This document shows positions 62,379 through 64,000 of a DNA stretch of 64,000 nt, piece after piece. The stretch spans positions 19,096,001 to 19,160,000 of the forward strand of contig JAGIQG010000029.1 of NCBI GenBank assembly GCA_024679065.1. Reading direction: 5' to 3'. A program made the position numbers and the translations under genes. Below the pieces are notes generated by a model that was given only the letters and a program-made list of their open reading frames with translations, searched no databases and was not told the DNA's origin. The DNA is from Sphyrna mokarran. Taxonomy: Eukaryota. Each line of letters starts with the position of its first letter. Position 1 is the first letter of the stretch.

Positions 62379-62512
62379 TGGCTGGAATTCTCCAGCTGTT
62401 CATGCTGGTGGGATTCTCTGGTCCTGCTGGCAGCACAGCCCCATGAGTTTCCTGTGGGCATGGGGTGACATCAGTGGGAATTTCCATTGACAGTGACAGG
62501 ACCAGAGATTCT
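62379..62512. mobile_element. MITE-like fragment with family-A-type TIR
   Basis: GGCTGGAATTCTCCAGCTGTTCA start; right end missing. Confidence 0.6.
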
Positions 62513-63236
62513 AACAAAGTTTATTTAAGAATACAGTTAAAATATAAGAAAAAGAATTCGCATAACTTTATTCAATTACAAATTCAAATATGACACAGTC
62601 TAATTCTTAACAGCTAGCTATCTCTGTTGTTCCAAGTTAAATATCATCCCACAGACATACATCCTTCTTCAAACTTGACACAGGAACAAGTATGATGCTG
62701 GATTTGCGTTTTTTAAAAACCAGCTGTGAATTGATCTTTTGAATATTGCATCAAAACTATGAGGCTCCCCAGTCTTGGAACTTCCAGAAAGCTTCTGAAG
62801 GGAGAGAAAGAAAGAGAGAGAGGCAGAAGATCACTGCCTTCTTCTACCAGCTCTTGGCAGCAACTGAGGAACAAAACTAAAAACTTGGAATATGCTATAA
62901 AAATAATAGCTGTACCCAGGGATATCACCTAACCTGCCAATCATCCCCAAATCAAACTCCACTCAGTAATCTCAAGTGACACTAAAAAACACATGCATTA
63001 ATCCAGATTAAAATTTAACCTGCCTGTCATTTATACTGCTTCAGCAGCAATGAAAGATACTGGTTACAAACAACAAGACACCAATAAAATTCTAGGGTCT
63101 GCTTGAAATATCCAGCAGACAAACATGATTAAAATACATTTCTTAAAAACACAATACCATCATATTTTCAGCTAAGCATGAGGCAACCACCGTATAAATC
63201 ATATACAAGTGTCCAACAAAACATCATTCTGTTACA
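62512..63236 (-). mobile_element. Possible LTR fragment
   Basis: Minus strand begins TGTAAC and has AATAAA near its end; composition like 58479-59970. Confidence 0.35.
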
Positions 63237-64000
63237 TAAAACCATTACAGATGAACTCATAATTAAAATGGTGTTGTTAATTCTACATCCCCACAATGGA
63301 GGATTGTAAAGAAAGGATCAAAAAACATGAGTTTTTCACCCTGGAGAGAAGGCAAAACTGGCTGTAGAATGGAAGAGACTAACAAAGAATAGAAATAATG
63401 AGGGTGATTCTTCTGGCCCACTGCACTACTCACATGGTGCAGAGGCTGGAAGCATCAGTGGGGGATCTGTAGCATGACTCGGGATCGGCCAGATGCCAGT
63501 CTCGTGTCTCCCAGGCTCTTTTCTTTTTGATGTAATTAGCCTTATCGGTAATCAGCGGGGGCGTCAGGGAGGGGGGAGGTGGGGCAGTGTGGTGGGGGTG
63601 CTTGAAAAGCCTGGAAAAAGAAATTGGGAGGCTGACAATGAGGGAGCCAGTGTGCTTACCCCTATCTTTCCACTGACAGATTGGCACATAAGCAGTGGCC
63701 CACTCAGTGAACTGATGGCGGCCTCTCCAGAAGGATGAAGCCCCTGTGGAGACAACATGCCAGAGATTCGTTAAACTAAATGGCGTCCAAAAAAACAGGC
63801 TGGAAAATCTCTCGTTTTCCCACCCATTCGGCACTTTATTTTTTTCAGAGGAAAACTGTCCCCTCCCATACGTCCAGACCCATAAATTCAATTGCAAGAC
63901 TTATTTTTAAGACTAAAATCATGGATGAAATGTTCTCAATTTAATCTCTGACCAAAAGCTAGGACCATTTGCTAATGGGGAACTCTGCACAGCTGGATAG

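Noticed and set aside
63430-63897. 155-aa minus-strand ORF
   Set aside because: Overlaps a GC-rich MITE-like repeat; no recognisable domain
1-64000. Short ORFs with MVAQWLALLPH / LSVWSLHILP / SSHSPKMC motifs
   Set aside because: Translations of the HE1-type SINE, not a gene family

Overview
Repeat-dense, apparently non-coding (intronic or gene-desert) vertebrate DNA, almost certainly from a shark: there are about 20 copies of the elasmobranch HE1-type tRNA-derived V-SINE plus CR1/HER1-type LINE fragments. I found no host protein-coding gene. Every ORF I could recognise is transposon-derived: a young Penelope-like element (RT + GIY-YIG, one frame with a single stop), two further Penelope fragments, a decayed Gypsy provirus (LTR-PBS-gag-PR-RT), CR1 and Rex1/Babar LINE pieces, and three decayed PIF/Harbinger Myb/SANT-like exons with many Harbinger-type MITEs. 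The most notable structures are a 285-bp near-perfect inverted duplication (59388-60546), Penelope terminal repeats with minimal hammerhead-ribozyme motifs (including a ~185-bp palindromic mini-element), an 85-bp hairpin, multi-layer nested insertions with readable target-site duplications (TSDs), and several repeat-free, motif-rich islands that look like conserved enhancers. I see no convincing evidence of a wholly new biological system. Family names come from recalled consensus features rather than database searches, and boundaries of old elements are approximate.
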